Below, piece by piece: positions 1 to 15,870 of a DNA stretch of 64,000 nt; the stretch's first letter is position 1, and each line of letters begins with the position of its first letter. The notes beneath the pieces are model-generated. The model did no database searches, was not told where the DNA came from, and saw nothing but the letters and a program-made list of their open reading frames with translations. Source of the stretch: the human T2T-CHM13v2.0 reference genome, Homo sapiens; the NCBI RefSeq assembly GCF_009914755.1, contig NC_060932.1. One strand, written 5' to 3'. The position numbers and the translations under genes were made by a program.

Positions 1-589
1 GATACATAAAACTTTTTGCCGTAACAGATTAATTTTTAGACGAACGCATTAGCTCAGTGGTTAAATAATAGTTTTTGTTTCTTTTGCAATATTTAATGCC
101 TTGAATAACAAAGTTATACGATTAGATTGTGTATACACTAGGTTGTGAGCTCATTACAAGATGCATGTCTTTCTGATTTTTATATTCCCCAAGCCCAGTA
201 AAGCCTCTGACATGAAAGTCTGCTTTCAAAAAATGCTTACCAAACGAGTGAACCTTGATCAGACACAACCGAACTTTTAAATTATTTCCCTGATTCAACC
301 AGTTATTTTTTATAAAGAAGATATAAATTCCCATTTTTCCAAAGCATCTAACAGCTTCTCCTAGGTCTCATATCGCCTAATCAGCACTCTATATAATCTC
401 TCTGAGTCCACCGTGGAAAGCATTAGTTCAGTCAAGGGAAACTTTTCAATTTAAAGCATGCAACAAGAATTATTGTCTCATGAGGAAGAGGGTTCCATAA
501 GATCAAAAAGAGAGGTAGAAATAAATAAATATATACATACATACTTGTTCTAATGAGACTATCTACAGGTCATGCCTGATTGCCTTGAG

Positions 590-729
590 CAGTGCAGTGG
601 AAGCATCTTGATGTGGGTGTGAGAGAGGTGTGGGCTTATATCCTCACTCTGCATGAACTTGAGCAGGAAACCTAACCTCTTTGAGACTCAATTTCCATGT
701 CTGGAAAACAATGATAATAATATCTCACT
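590..729 (+). mobile_element. MIR SINE fragment
   Basis: Degenerate MIR core: 'aacttgagcaggaaacctaacctctttgagactcaatttccatgtctggaaaacaatgataataat'. Confidence 0.6.
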
Positions 730-1768
730 ATATTTCCTGAGGCTCCTTGCAGATTCGATGGGCCTTCCTTCTTCCATCTGTATGGAAGCTAGGCATCATT
801 TGGAAGCATTTGTCACTGTTCCAAACCACTAAGGCTTAAAAAGAGAGAAATCACTACATATTGCATGTTGAGCTCAGCAAACTTGCAAACAAATTCCTGC
901 TTTGAGGGCAGTAGCTGAGTCCTTTCGGATTTTCTCAGAAGTCCCAGGACTATCCCCAGAGAAGGCACATTCTCCCTCAGTTTTGTTTTAATTTATTGAG
1001 TTAGTAAGCAAGCCCTCATGTGTGGCAGTCACCGTTCCAAGCACTTTGCTAACAATCACTGATTTGATCCTCTGAGGTTAATGCCACCCCATGAAATAGG
1101 GCTCTGTGGTCTTGTTCTACCTAGTAATCCCTTCTTCATCCTTAGATAATTCAGCCTTCATTCCTAAAATAAATGTGGAGCGATGGCAGTAGTTGTTAAC
1201 TACGGGAACAAGCTTTAAGTGTACTACAGAAAATGTAATGGAGAATATTCCAAAAATAATAACTTGGAATTTTATCTTAGGAGAAAAGAAATTTCTTCCA
1301 CCTCACCACAGCCCTGCGATTGTCAGGAGAAATTTCCTGTTAGCAAGGCCAGATCCAGGAGAAGAGTCCAGATGTCTCTCTGCTAGCCTAAACACCATTT
1401 GGCATCTCTTTCCTTTTTACTGAAGCTTTGAAGAAAATAGGAATAGAACCAGATCTAGTAAATTACCTGGGGACTGAAACATCTTTGATATGCGTCTTGA
1501 GAACATCGCAACATATTTCTTTTCCTCCTTCAGAGCATTAGCTTTGCCGCTTCTCGGAACCCTAAATGACAGAAACAATGACAGACGGATTGGACAGCGA
1601 GTCTCGCTTCCCTGGTGCCAAATACAGACCAAAATAGCCTAAGCGCCCCTTTCCAAAGTCTTGAGACTGAAAAAATATATATATGATATGCATATGTATC
1701 CATATTTATTTATTAACTACTTGGTTACACTACAGCTGCTTTATTAGAATATTTTAATATCAGATTAA

Positions 1769-2005
1769 TACAGTGGTTATGATAGCAGGCTTGATTAAGA
1801 AGGTTACCTTGATTACGATCCAAACTCAACCACTTACTAGCTGTGTAAATCTGGAAAAGTTGTGTAAATCTCTTTGCCTCAGTTTCCCGATATAAAATAA
1901 TTATAATAGAACCTACCTCAAAAGGGTGTTGTAAAGATTAAATGTTAATGCATCTAAAGTACCTAATACGTACCTAACTCATAGTAAGTACTCAATACAT
2001 GATAG
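1769..2005 (+). mobile_element. MIR SINE, near full length; LTR12C inserted in its 3' tail
   Basis: 'ccacttactagctgtgt...tctctttgcctcagtttcc...acctacctca...gttgtaaagattaaatg...atagtaagtactcaata'. Confidence 0.8.
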
Positions 2006-3549
2006 TGAGAGGTGACAGCGTGCTGGCAGTCCTCAGAGCCCTCACTTGCTCTTGGCACCTCCTCTGCCTGGGCTCCCACTTTGGCAGCATTTGAGGAGCC
2101 CTTCAGCCCCCCACTGCACTGTGGGAGCCCCTTTCTGGGCTGGCCAAAGCCGGAGCCCACTCCCTCAGCTTGCAGGGAGGTGTGGAGGGAGGCACGAGCG
2201 GGAACCGGGGCTGCGTGCGGCGCTTGCGGGCCAGCTGGAGTTCCGGGTGGGCGTGGGCTTGGTGGGCCCCGCACTCGGAGCAGCCAGCCAGCCCTGCTGG
2301 CCCCAGGCAATGGGGGACTTAGCACCCGGGCCAGTAGCTGCGGAGGGTGTACTGTGTCCCCCAGCAGTGCCAGCCCACCGGCGCTGCGCTCGATTTCTCG
2401 CCGGGCCTTAGCTGCCTTCCCGCGGGGCAGGGCTCGGGACCTGCAGCCCGCCATGCCTGAGCCTCCCACCCACTCCATGGGCTCCTGTGCGGCCCGAGCC
2501 TCCCCGACGAGCACCACCCCCTGCTCCACGGCGCCCAGTCCCATCGACCAACCAAGGGCTGAGGAATGCCAGCGCAGGGTGCAGGACTGGCAGGCAGCTC
2601 CACCTGCAGCCCCGGTGTGGGATCCACTAGGTGAAGCCAGCTGGGCTCCTGAGTCTGGTGGGGACGTAGAGAGTCTTTATATCTAGCTCAGGGATTGTAA
2701 ACACACCAATCAGCACCTGTGTTTAGCTCAAGGTTTGTGAGTGCACCAATCGACTCTGTATCTAGCTGCTCTGGTGAGGACGTGGAGAACCTTTATGTCT
2801 AGCTCAACGATTGTAAATACACCAATCGGCACTCTGTATCTAGCTCAAGGTTTGTAAACACACCAGTCAGCACCCTGTGTTTAGCTCAAGGTTTGTAAAT
2901 GCACCAATCGACAATCTGTATCTAGCTGCTCTGGTGGGGCCTTGGAAAACCTGTGTGTCAAAACTCTGTATCTAACTAATCTGATGGGGAAGTGGACAAC
3001 CTTTGTATCTAGCTCAGGGATTATAAACGCACCAATCAGCACCCTGACAAAACAGGCCACTCGGCTCTACCAATCAGCAGGATGTGGGTGGGGCCAGATA
3101 AGAGAATAAAAGCAGGCTGCCGGAGCTAGCATCGGCAACTGGTTCAGGTCGTCTTCCACACTGTGGAAGCTTTGTTCGTTCACTCTTTACAATAAATCTT
3201 GCTACTGCTCACTCTTTGGGTCCACGCTGCTTTTATGAGCTGTAACACTCACCGCGAAGATCTGCAGCTTCACTCCTGAGGCCAGCGAGATCAGGAGCCC
3301 AGCAGGAAGAACAAACAACTCCAGACGCGCTGCCTTAAGAGCTGTAACACTCACCGCGAAGGTCTGCAGCTTCACTACTGAGCCAGCGAGACCACGAACC
3401 CACCAGAAGGAAAAAACTCCAAACACATCTGAACCTCAGAAGGGACAGACTCCAGACGCGCCACCTTAAGGGCTGTAACACTCACCGCCAGGGTCCGCGG
3501 CTTCATTCTTGAAGTCAGTGAGACCAAGAACCCACCAATTCAGGACACA
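2006..3549 (+). mobile_element. Solo LTR12C (ERV9/HERV9 LTR), complete
   Basis: Starts TGAGAGGTGACAGCGTGCTGGCAG and ends ACCAATTCAGGACACA. 4-bp TSD ATAG (2002-2005 / 3550-3553). CpG-rich U3 5' part, tandem CCAAT/TATCTA enhancer repeats, and three GCTGTAACACTCACCGC repeats near the 3' end. Confidence 0.97.
2680..3140 (+). promoter_or_regulatory. ERV9 U3 enhancer/promoter: NF-Y CCAAT and GATA repeats plus AATAAA-type TATA box
   Basis: ACCAATC at about 2705, 2744, 2821, 2903, 3031 and 3069; repeated TATCTA (TAGATA on the minus strand); GAATAAAAGC at about 3104-3113. This matches known LTR12 promoter architecture; activity at this locus is not shown. Confidence 0.7.
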
Positions 3550-3921
3550 ATAGCAACCTGTGTAACTCTTCTCTCGGGCCATTCACTATAGTTGAGCTAA
3601 ATTTCTCTTTGTCAAGCAGGAAATGCACTGTTTTCCTAAACTGTTTTTTGAAGCCCACTCGTCCCTGAAGTCCAGCAAAAAGGAATTCTCTTCTTCATTT
3701 AATTTTCGGAAACACTATATTTGCCTTGGAAACTCAAAATGCACTGAAATATATTAAGGACTTTGATATATTTGTAATTTAAAAATCTGTTTCATTTTGT
3801 TTAACATGATGAATCCCAAATATACAAGATCTCTTGACCCTTGAGTTTAACAGTCACTTACTCATTTTTATTATTTCATCTGTGTACGTTTCGTTTTAAG
3901 GTCTTCATTTTCTTGAAATGA

Positions 3922-4227
<306 letters not shown>

Positions 4228-4280
4228 AAGACCATTTCATTTTTCTTTAACATACATGGGACAGCAAACTATGGAAAGCA

Positions 4281-5179
4281 CGTAGGTATCCTGAGATGAA
4301 GAGATCATTCTGGACTATCCGAGTGGGCCCCTAAAGCCAATCACAACTGTCCTTATAAGAGAAAGGTAGGGGGAGATTTGAGACACAGAAGAGGAGAAGA
4401 CACCGTACAGGAGAAGGCAATGTGGTCACAGAGGCAGAAATGGGAGGGATGTGGCCACAGGGCAAGGAATACTGGCAGCCACCAGAAGCCAGAAGGGGCA
4501 AAGAATGAATTCTCCCCTAAAGCAGGGGTCCCCAGCCTGTTACGTCTGCAGCCTGTTACGAACTGGGCTACACAACAGGAAATGAGAGATGGGTAAGCAA
4601 GCAAAGCTTCATCTGTATTTACAGCCACTTCCCATTGCTTGCATTACCCCCTAAGCTCTGCGCCCTGTCAGATCAGCAGCAGCATTCTTCATAGCTTCTC
4701 ACAGGAGCACAAATCCTATTGCAAACTGAGCATGCGAGGGACCTAGGCTGCAAGCTCTTTATGAGAATCTAATGCCTGATGATCTGTCACTGCCTCCCAT
4801 CACCCCCAGATGGGACCATCTGGTTGTAGGAAAACAAGTTCAGAGCTCCCACTGATTCTACTTTATGATGAGTTGCATAGTTACTTCATTACATATTAGA
4901 AGGTAATAATAGAAATAAAGGACACTATAAATTTAATGTGCTTGAGTCATTCCAAAACCATCCCCATCCCCTGTCCACGGAAAAATTGTCTTCCATGAAA
5001 CAGGTCCCTGGTGCCAAGAAGTTTGGGGACCGCCGCCCTAGAGTCTCCAGAATAAACATAGCCCTGCTGACTGGATTTCTGATTTCTAGCTTCCAGAACT
5101 ATAAGAGAATAACTTTCTGTTGTTTGAAGCCACCAAGTTTGTGGACATTTGTTATTGGCAGCCCTAGGAAATTAATACA
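4281..5179 (+). mobile_element. MLT1 (MLT1C/D-like) MaLR LTR, interrupted by MER1A
   Basis: 'gagatgaagagatcattctggactatccgagtgggccc...cagccaccagaagccagaagg' and 3' end 'aagccaccaagtttgtgg...gcagccctaggaaattaataca'. Confidence 0.85.
4523..5035 (+). mobile_element. MER1A hAT-Charlie DNA transposon
   Basis: Termini CAGGGGTCCCC ... GGGGACCGCCG; about 513 bp; 8-bp TSD ccctaaag / ccctagag. Confidence 0.9.
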
Positions 5180-6678
5180 CCCAGTTTCACCACTGACAAA
5201 ATGGTTTTAATAAAGGCGCACCTTGCCCTGCCATTGCCCTAACAGTGTTCTGAACATCACATGTGAAAACGTAGGTGAAAAATCTTCCACAGCTTAAAGT
5301 ACTCACACAGTTGTAGCACTATCTTATTATCGCGATATCGAATTCATGAACTCTCCTCCAACTGAAACAAGAATTCCAAATTTTGGTTGCTTGGCAATTT
5401 CTCGGCTTTCCCTTATTCCTTTGTTTCGCTTGGTTTGGCTTGGTTTGATTTTATGAAAACTAGATCCACGATCCTCACTTCCTCCCAGTCAATGCCCAGT
5501 ATGGCAAACACTGAATTTCCTAGGAAAACCTCAGCCATACCTGTCATCCACTTCCTTCCTATAGAGGATAAATCCACAGAATTGATCTGAACAGGAACTG
5601 TTCTTCTGTCAAAACAAATCAAAGCTTAAATCGATATATATATATATTTAGATCAAAACAAACCCATTGAAATAACAGGAAAACATTAGGATAAATTAAG
5701 AGAATTAATCCAGATTGCAAGGAAACACCTTGCGTTATTAAGTCACTTGCTCTGAGACATTTAATATTATATTTCCATTTTAAAAGATGTACTGGACACA
5801 TTTTAATGGCATCTGCCTCTTCGGTTTCCAAAAATAAATATATTTGCTTTCCTCAAACTTTTTCTTGAAAACCGCAAGAGCTCAAACCACAAGAACAAGG
5901 GCTTTTAAGAGTAACCAAATGCAATTAGAGGCACTGTCTTCCATACAGGGAGACACATGAGAGTCCTTCTTTGTTAAGACTGGCTTCCTTAACTCACTGG
6001 AGAAAAGAAGCTGGAAGACGGCACATCTGTCAAGAAGCATATTGAAAGGGCCAACTCGGATACTCTCACTTTCTCTTTGAAACTGTGTCCTTTTCCTATT
6101 CATTTCAGCAATTGACTTTACCTACTCCCCGTAGTGATCAAATTTCTCTTTCCTTTTAAAGAATCTTCATTTGATAGAATCTAGACTTGACAATATGCAG
6201 CTCCAAGTAGCAAACAATGAGAGTTTCCAAGGCGTCTCTGACTATGGGATTCAAATTGAAATTTATTTCTAGAAAAGGATTCTTCATCTCTCAAAACATC
6301 CTAAATGTTATTGGAAATTCAATACATGTGTAGGGAACTTTGCAAAAACCAAGGGGTGTTTTCATTCCAACTCATCTTTTCTGCCACACTTTCACTTCAC
6401 AGTCCTCACTACCATCTGGTGGCTCTGCCAGCGTTTTTCTCCAAATTGTTTCAATTCTTTAAGTGGGTATGTTGGGAGATCAGGATTTTTTTCAATTTTA
6501 TTTATGACTTGCTCTACACGTATCTCAATTTAGTCCATAAGTCTCTGTAAAACTGCCCATTCCCCTATATAACATTGTTCCAAATCTAGGGTTTACAAAA
6601 GTAACTCCAATCTAGTGCACCATATTAGCACATCATACACTCTTGTGTAAAGGTAAACAGGTAACAGGTAAAGAATGA

Positions 6679-7023
<345 letters not shown>

Positions 7024-7104
7024 CTAATGAAATTCCCACAATTTGCCCTACTAGAAACCAGCATTTTATGTCTTATATACTTCACTCTACAGTTTTTAAA
7101 CATC

Positions 7105-7360
7105 AGATATGTGTCAGGTATGTGTTTAAGGGACTAGAATATATTAGGGAATTAAAGTAACAAAAATCTCTGCCCTCAAAGGACTTACATTCAAGTGATG
7201 GATAGTAGTCAACACTTACTATGCGTCAAGCACCGTTTTCAGTATTTTATATAGATAAATGTATTTAATCCTCACAAGAATCATATGAGATTCATACAAC
7301 CATTTAAGAGAAAAGAACACTGAGGCACAAAGAGTTAAGTGACTTACTCAGAGGCACAAG
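7105..7360 (-). mobile_element. L2 3' fragment followed by MIR fragment
   Basis: 'tctctgccctcaaaggacttacattc' (L2) and 'ttaatcctcacaag...actgaggcacaaagagttaagtgacttactca' (MIR). Confidence 0.6.
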
Positions 7361-7959
7361 AACAAAATCCGTCTCAGCTTTAACCCTCAAAGGAAAATTA
7401 AAATGCAAACATTTGCAGAAGAATATGATAAATGCCCAATGCTTAGCTCAGTGCTCAATGTAATCTAAGGAATAAATTCCGTCTCCACTGAATTTTTAGA
7501 AGACTTTTATTATGCAGTTTCTTTTTACAACCAACACAACTAAAATTATTAACTATTCAATATTTTCCAAGTTTAAAATTATAAAACCAATTAGAAATTT
7601 ATATTCTAGTACTATAAGAAAAGTATAATTGATAATAGCTTTACTATTGAATTATTGTATTTAGAAAAAAAATAATTTCAGCTCTTACCACAGTTCACAA
7701 CCGTACATACATTATTATTTGATTAATGTCTATAGCCACTGCCCTGTATTTAGATATGCCGCGTAAACTATCAAGGACTTAGCACAATAGTACAGTGTCT
7801 TATATATCAGAAATTTATAGATTTAGCATTGCCTTTCAGTTTCTTCGTGAACATGATGAGGATACTGACTATAGTATTTAGTAGCCAGATTTACTTGCAT
7901 TGATTTGCTATGAGAATTATGCATAACAAGAAACTCTCCCTGGACAAAGGTACTAATAC

Positions 7960-8945
7960 CTTTAAATAGAGGAAAAAATTGTTTTTTCACCAAATGGTGC
8001 TGGAACAATTAGATACCTACATGCAGAGTAATGAGCTTCAACCCTTACCTCACGCCATACACAAAGAGTAACTTGAACTATATTGTATACTTACAAGTAA
8101 GAACTAAACTAAACTATAAAATTCTTAGAAGAAAACATAGGAGTAGTGATCTTGGATTATGTAATAATTTTACAAAAGTAAACACAGGAAATAAAGAAAA
8201 ACATTAATAGGCATCACTGAAATTCAAAACCTTTTCACTTCAAAATATACAATCAAGAAAGTAAAAAGACAAGCCATGGAGTAGAAGAAATGTTTGAAAA
8301 TCATATCTCCAGTAATAAACTTGTAACTCAAGTATAAAAAGAAAAACTCTTACAACTCCATAATTAAGATGGTAAACAACCCAACTAAAAAGTGGGCAAA
8401 GGCTGGGCACAGTGGTTCACACCTCTAGTCCTAGCACCTTGGAAGGTGGAGGTGGGAGGATTGCTTAAGTCCAGGAGTTCAAGGCTAGCCTGGGCAACAT
8501 AGCAAGACCTTGTCTCTACAAAAAATATTTTTTAAAAAATTAGCCGGATGTGCTGGTGCACACCCGTAGTCCCAGCTACTTGGGAGAATGAGGTAGATCA
8601 CTTGACCCTGTGAGGTTGAGGCTGCAGTGGGCCATGATCATGCCACTGCACTCCAGCCTGGGCAACAGAATGAGACCCCATCTTTTAAAATAAAAACACT
8701 AAAAAAATGGGCAAAAGATTTTAATAGACATTTCACCAGAGAAGATATAGAAATGGCCAATACAAACATTAAAAGAAGTTCATCATTATTACTCATTAGG
8801 GACATTCAAATTAAAACCACAATGAGATTCCACTTCACACCCCTAGAACATCAAATGCAGACAATGTTAAGTGTTGGCAAGGACTTGGAGAAACTGGAAA
8901 GAACCTTCATATTGGTGAGAATATTAAATGGTACAGTCACTTACA
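7960..8945 (+). mobile_element. Old L1 (L1M) ORF2 3' fragment, interrupted by AluJ
   Basis: 'caaatggtgctggaacaa...ttagaagaaaacatagg'; translation KWAKDFNRHFTREDI...IQIKTTMRFHFTP. Confidence 0.9.
8401..8698 (+). mobile_element. AluJ
   Basis: J-type 'aggttgaggctgcagtg'; TSD ctaaaaagtgggcaaa / ctaaaaaaatgggcaaa. Confidence 0.93.
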
Positions 8946-9283
8946 GAATGTTTCTATCAACCTATGCCACCCTAATGAATTGCTATTCTCTACCCTTTAG
9001 AATAGAATCAAGACATTCTTTTACTTACAACTTCAGCAAATAAAGACAAATATCCCATGTTTCCCTGTTCCATGGCCCAGGAAAAGCAGCAGTAATTGAT
9101 CACTGAACTCTCCTCCCACCCAACATACAAAGAGTGTCACAACTTTCCTCAACAGAGAATAATAGGCAATCATTTCTATTTGTCACCTCCTGATACTTTC
9201 ACTACTTTTTAGACATCCCACCTGCAATCGCCTTCTTTTATGATAATATTACCATTCCTGATCTTACACAGGCTACATACTAA

Positions 9284-9587
<304 letters not shown>

Positions 9588-9693
9588 GGCTACATACTAA
9601 TCTTATCTGTGAGCTTTAAAAGTTTTATGAAGGAAAAAATGTCTGGCATATAACCTGAAACTGGACCACAGAAGCTACCATGTAAAAGACCTG

Positions 9694-10068
<375 letters not shown>

Positions 10069-10142
10069 TCAAATTTTGTTTATATCTTTGTCAAATGTAA
10101 GACTCAAAATCCCAAGACTTTTTTTATGTAAGAAAATAAATT

Positions 10143-11532
10143 TCTCTGATGGCCAGTGATGATGAGCATTTTTTCATGTGTCTTTTGGCTGCATAAATAT
10201 CTTCTTTTGAGAAGTATCTGTTCATATCCTTTGCCCACTTTTTGATGGGGTTGTTTGTTTTTTTCTTGTAAATCTGTTTGAATTCATTGTACATTCTGGA
10301 TATTAGCCCTTTGTCAGATGAGTAGGTTGCAAGAATTTTCTCCCATTCTGTAGGTTGCCTGTTCACTCTGATGGTAGTTTCTTTTGCTGTGCAGAAGCTC
10401 TTTAGTTTAATTAGATCCCATTTGTCAAGTTTGGCTTTTGTTGCCATTGCTTTTGGTGTTTTAGACATGAAGTCCTTGCCCATGCCTATGTCCTGAATGG
10501 TATTGCCTAGGTTTTCTTCTAGGGTTTTTATGGTTTTAGGTCTAACATGTAAGTCTTTAATCCATCTTGAATTAATTTTTGTATAAGGTGTAAGGAAGGA
10601 TCCAGTTTCAGCTTTCTACATGTGGCTAGACAGTTTTCCCAGCACCATTTATTAAATAGGGAATCCTTTCCCCATCGCTTGTTTTTCTCAGGTTTGTCAA
10701 AGATCAGATAGTTGTAGATATGCGGCATTATTTTTGAGGTCTCTGCTCTGTTCCATTGGTCTATGTGTCTGTTTTGGCCATCAGAGAAATGCAAATCAAA
10801 ACCACAATGAGATACCATCTCACACCAGTTAGAATGGCAATCATCAAAAAGTCAGGAAACAACAGGTGCTGAAGAGGATGTGGAGAAATAGGAACACTTT
10901 TACACTGTTGGTGGGAATGTAAACTAGTTCAACCATTGTGGAGGTCGGTGTGGCGATTCCTCAGGGATCTAGAACTAGAAATACCATTTGATCCAGCCAT
11001 CCCATTACTGGGTATATACCCAAAGGATTATAAATCATGCTGCTGTAAAGACACATGCACACGTATGTTTATAGCGGCACTATTCACAATAGCAAAGACT
11101 TGGAACCAAGCCAAATGTCCAACAATGATAGACTGGATTAAGAAAATGTGGCACATATACACCATGGAATACTATGCAGCCATAAAAAATGATGAGTTCA
11201 TGTCCTTTGTAGGGACACAGATGAAGCTAGAAACCATCATTCTCAGCAAACTATCGCAACGACAAAAACAATCAAACACCGCATGTTCTCACTCATAGGT
11301 GGGAACTGAACAATGAGAACACATGGACACAGGAAGGGGAACATCACACACCGGGGACTGTGATGGGGTGGGGGGAGGGGGGAGGGATAGCATTAGGAGA
11401 TATACCTAATGCTAAATGGCGAGTTAATGGGTGCAGCACACCAACTTAGCACATGTATACATATGTAACAAACCTGCACATTGTGCACATGTACCCTAAA
11501 ACTTAAAGTATAATAATAATAAAATTTTAAAA
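10143..11532 (+). mobile_element. 5'-truncated, 5'-inverted L1PA3/PA4-like insertion (inverted part 10143-10777, forward part 10775-11532)
   Basis: ORF2 peptide [18 protein letters not shown] on the minus strand, then ORF2 C-terminus, 3'UTR and A tail on the plus strand; 13-bp TSD aagaaaataaatt. Confidence 0.96.
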
Positions 11533-11637
11533 AAGAAAATAAATTATAAAATCCATATATTAGCTCTGCAATAATTCTTAGGGCAATTTTTATTATTATA
11601 TGAGTCATGGACAGTCTCATAAAATACTGTATATTTA

Positions 11638-11770
11638 AGCTGGGCACATTGGCACACATCTGTAGTCCCAGTGGAGGCAAGAGGATCTTTTGAGGCCAGG
11701 AGTTTGAGACCAGACTGGGAATATAGTGAGAACCTATCATTGCTCTCTCTAAAAAAAAGAAAGAAAAGAA
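11638..11770 (+). mobile_element. FLAM (Alu left-monomer type)
   Basis: Single Alu monomer 'gaggccaggagtttgagaccagactggg' with A-rich tail. Confidence 0.8.
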
Positions 11771-13418
11771 AATTCTACACAATGATCTAATGTTAGAATT
11801 ACCCAAGAAAAATAAAGAATAGACAGACCCTTTAAAAATCTTGACATTAGATCTCACTGCTTCAAGCTTCTTTATACAGTAAACTTTTATTGCTTTTTTT
11901 GTTGTTGACTCATATATGTCAGACTCCATTTGGACATCACTACCTTTAACAAGCTATTTTGTACCTCTACTATCATTTGTGAAAAAAAATCAGAGCTTCA
12001 GTGTTATTTCTCTACTTAACTCTAGTTCATGACCCTTTGTGTTGAGGTTATAATTGTTGCTGAATCTCATAGAGATATTCATAGGAACTTTTTTTTCTTT
12101 TCTTTCTCAACCTAAATAGAACTCGCACCCTTGAAATCACCTGCCGGGTTCTTTGTTTTCAACTGCCTTAAACCTTACACTATATCCTCCATAGCTAAGT
12201 ACAAAATCATGTAAGGCAGACCAAATTTCCTGGAGCTAGTTTAAATGGTACTGTATTCAACAATATTGTAAGTCAAATTGACCTGAGGCAATATAATACA
12301 CGGTCAGAGTAATAGAAAGTGAGATAAAAGTCTTCATTAGGGATCAAATAACTATTACCTTATCCATTTGGAGTGTTCTTTTGAGATGCACTTAATACAC
12401 TTCTATCTGTTGATAACAGCAACCCTGAATTAGAAAAAAAATAGTGATCTGTTCCTATTGAAATGATACCTTAGGCACCTGTTGCCCACAGAAAGTAAAC
12501 AGGAGGAAACAAATAAATCTGAGATCTGGGCTGTTTTGCCCAAATCACATCATTTCAAGGCACTCTGTGCCATGGGTTGCCGCCTTTGTAAAATATTCAC
12601 CCTGCACAGTTTGTTTTGGTGCTCCACCTCCCCCTGTGTTGCTAATATCAGCCTGACAAAAAACGCAATTAGGCTCCTCTATCTTAGCATAGTTCTTTTG
12701 ACAAGAAACAACACTGTGAACCTCTGTGTTAACATGAACAGGTGATAAAGGGGGTCAAATAGCCAATCGCAGCTGCCAATAGGAGAGTTTCATGAAACAT
12801 GCAAATCTCAAAGCCAGCTATTTAGCTGAAGCCCCAGGGAGCGGAGTTTGCTTTCTAACTCTCATTGTGTTCTCCTCTTCCCAGTCCTGCCACAAGCCCT
12901 TTCTCTCTATATAGCTTGGCAGCCCATTAAAGCAAAAAATGCTTTAGTCGCTGAAGCAATAAAGTTGAATAATTGCTGCCTTGAGTCTTTCTCCAACTCA
13001 TTTGAAGGATGACCATTGTAAGATAGATTTACTTCTGGTAAATGATCTACCTTAAAGAGTGGGTTATAGAACAGCCGGGACTAGCTTGGCAAAGTTACTG
13101 GCAATGGCTGTGAAGTGGCAAGTAAATTGCCTAAAGAGAAGCAACTGCCTCAGTTACCAGGGCTCTGCCAAACCTTCATGAGCAATATGGTTTGCCTTGC
13201 ACTGCTGCTAGCATTTGCTAGTGAATGTCAGGTTTTTTGCTTTACATGAACTCATGAAACAATTGCTTTCATAGGCAAAGACAATCATCTGGTCACTCAA
13301 GACTAAGTATGAGTTACCCTGGGATCATAGGGGCAAAGAGTGCAGGAAATTTCTCACTTTGCAATTTCCTACCTACCCTAAAGTCATTTCGAATCTAATA
13401 GGAGAGATGAAAGCATAA

Positions 13419-13872
<454 letters not shown>

Positions 13873-14409
13873 TTTTAAAATTCTAATAAAGCATGTAGCA
13901 GAAACACAAAAACATACAAAGACTCTTATGTAGCTCTCTGGAATTAGAAATTAATATAACTGAAATGGATAGAACCTTACAGTGAATAGAGCAATGCACA
14001 ACTTTCTATGAAGATTTCAAGAAACAGAATTAGTCTGATGGAGAAAAATGAAATAGATTTCTGGGGGAGTCAGAGGGGGGAAAACATTTTAATGAATATA
14101 AGAAATGAGAGTTGTTAAATTGTCAACTCATGCTAGAATGAAACCAAGAAAGTCAGTTTAATCCACTTAAATGACAATTACAGTAGTCTTCCCTTACCCA
14201 GTGGAGATGGGTTGCAAGATCCCCAGTGGATACCTGAAACCACGGACAGTACTAAACTCTATATATATACATACATGCATGAATTTCTTCTTCCTTCTTG
14301 ACAGTTTCACTGATAGAAGATTGTTTTTCACCGTAAATCTTAGCCACCTCAGCACATGACTTCTTTTTTCTTTCCTTATTAAGTCAAGAACTTTTGCCTT
14401 TTCTCTTTT

Positions 14410-15870
<1,461 letters not shown>

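Noticed and set aside
47-63. tRNA-like A box TAGCTCAGTGGTTA
   Set aside because: No B box, anticodon arm or acceptor stem follows; not a tRNA gene.
122-334. 70-aa ORF and minus-strand GTAAG donor at about 240
   Set aside because: No convincing acceptor and no recognisable protein.
1963-2686. Long overlapping ORFs (193-224 aa) and CpG-island-like composition
   Set aside because: Explained by the GC-rich LTR12C U3; not a gene or a native CpG-island promoter.
5882-6115. Stop-free stretch resembling coding sequence (GEKKLEDGTSVKKHIERANS)
   Set aside because: No suitable splice sites or recognisable homology.
11365-11387. G-quadruplex-type G tract
   Set aside because: Standard L1 3'UTR polypurine tract.
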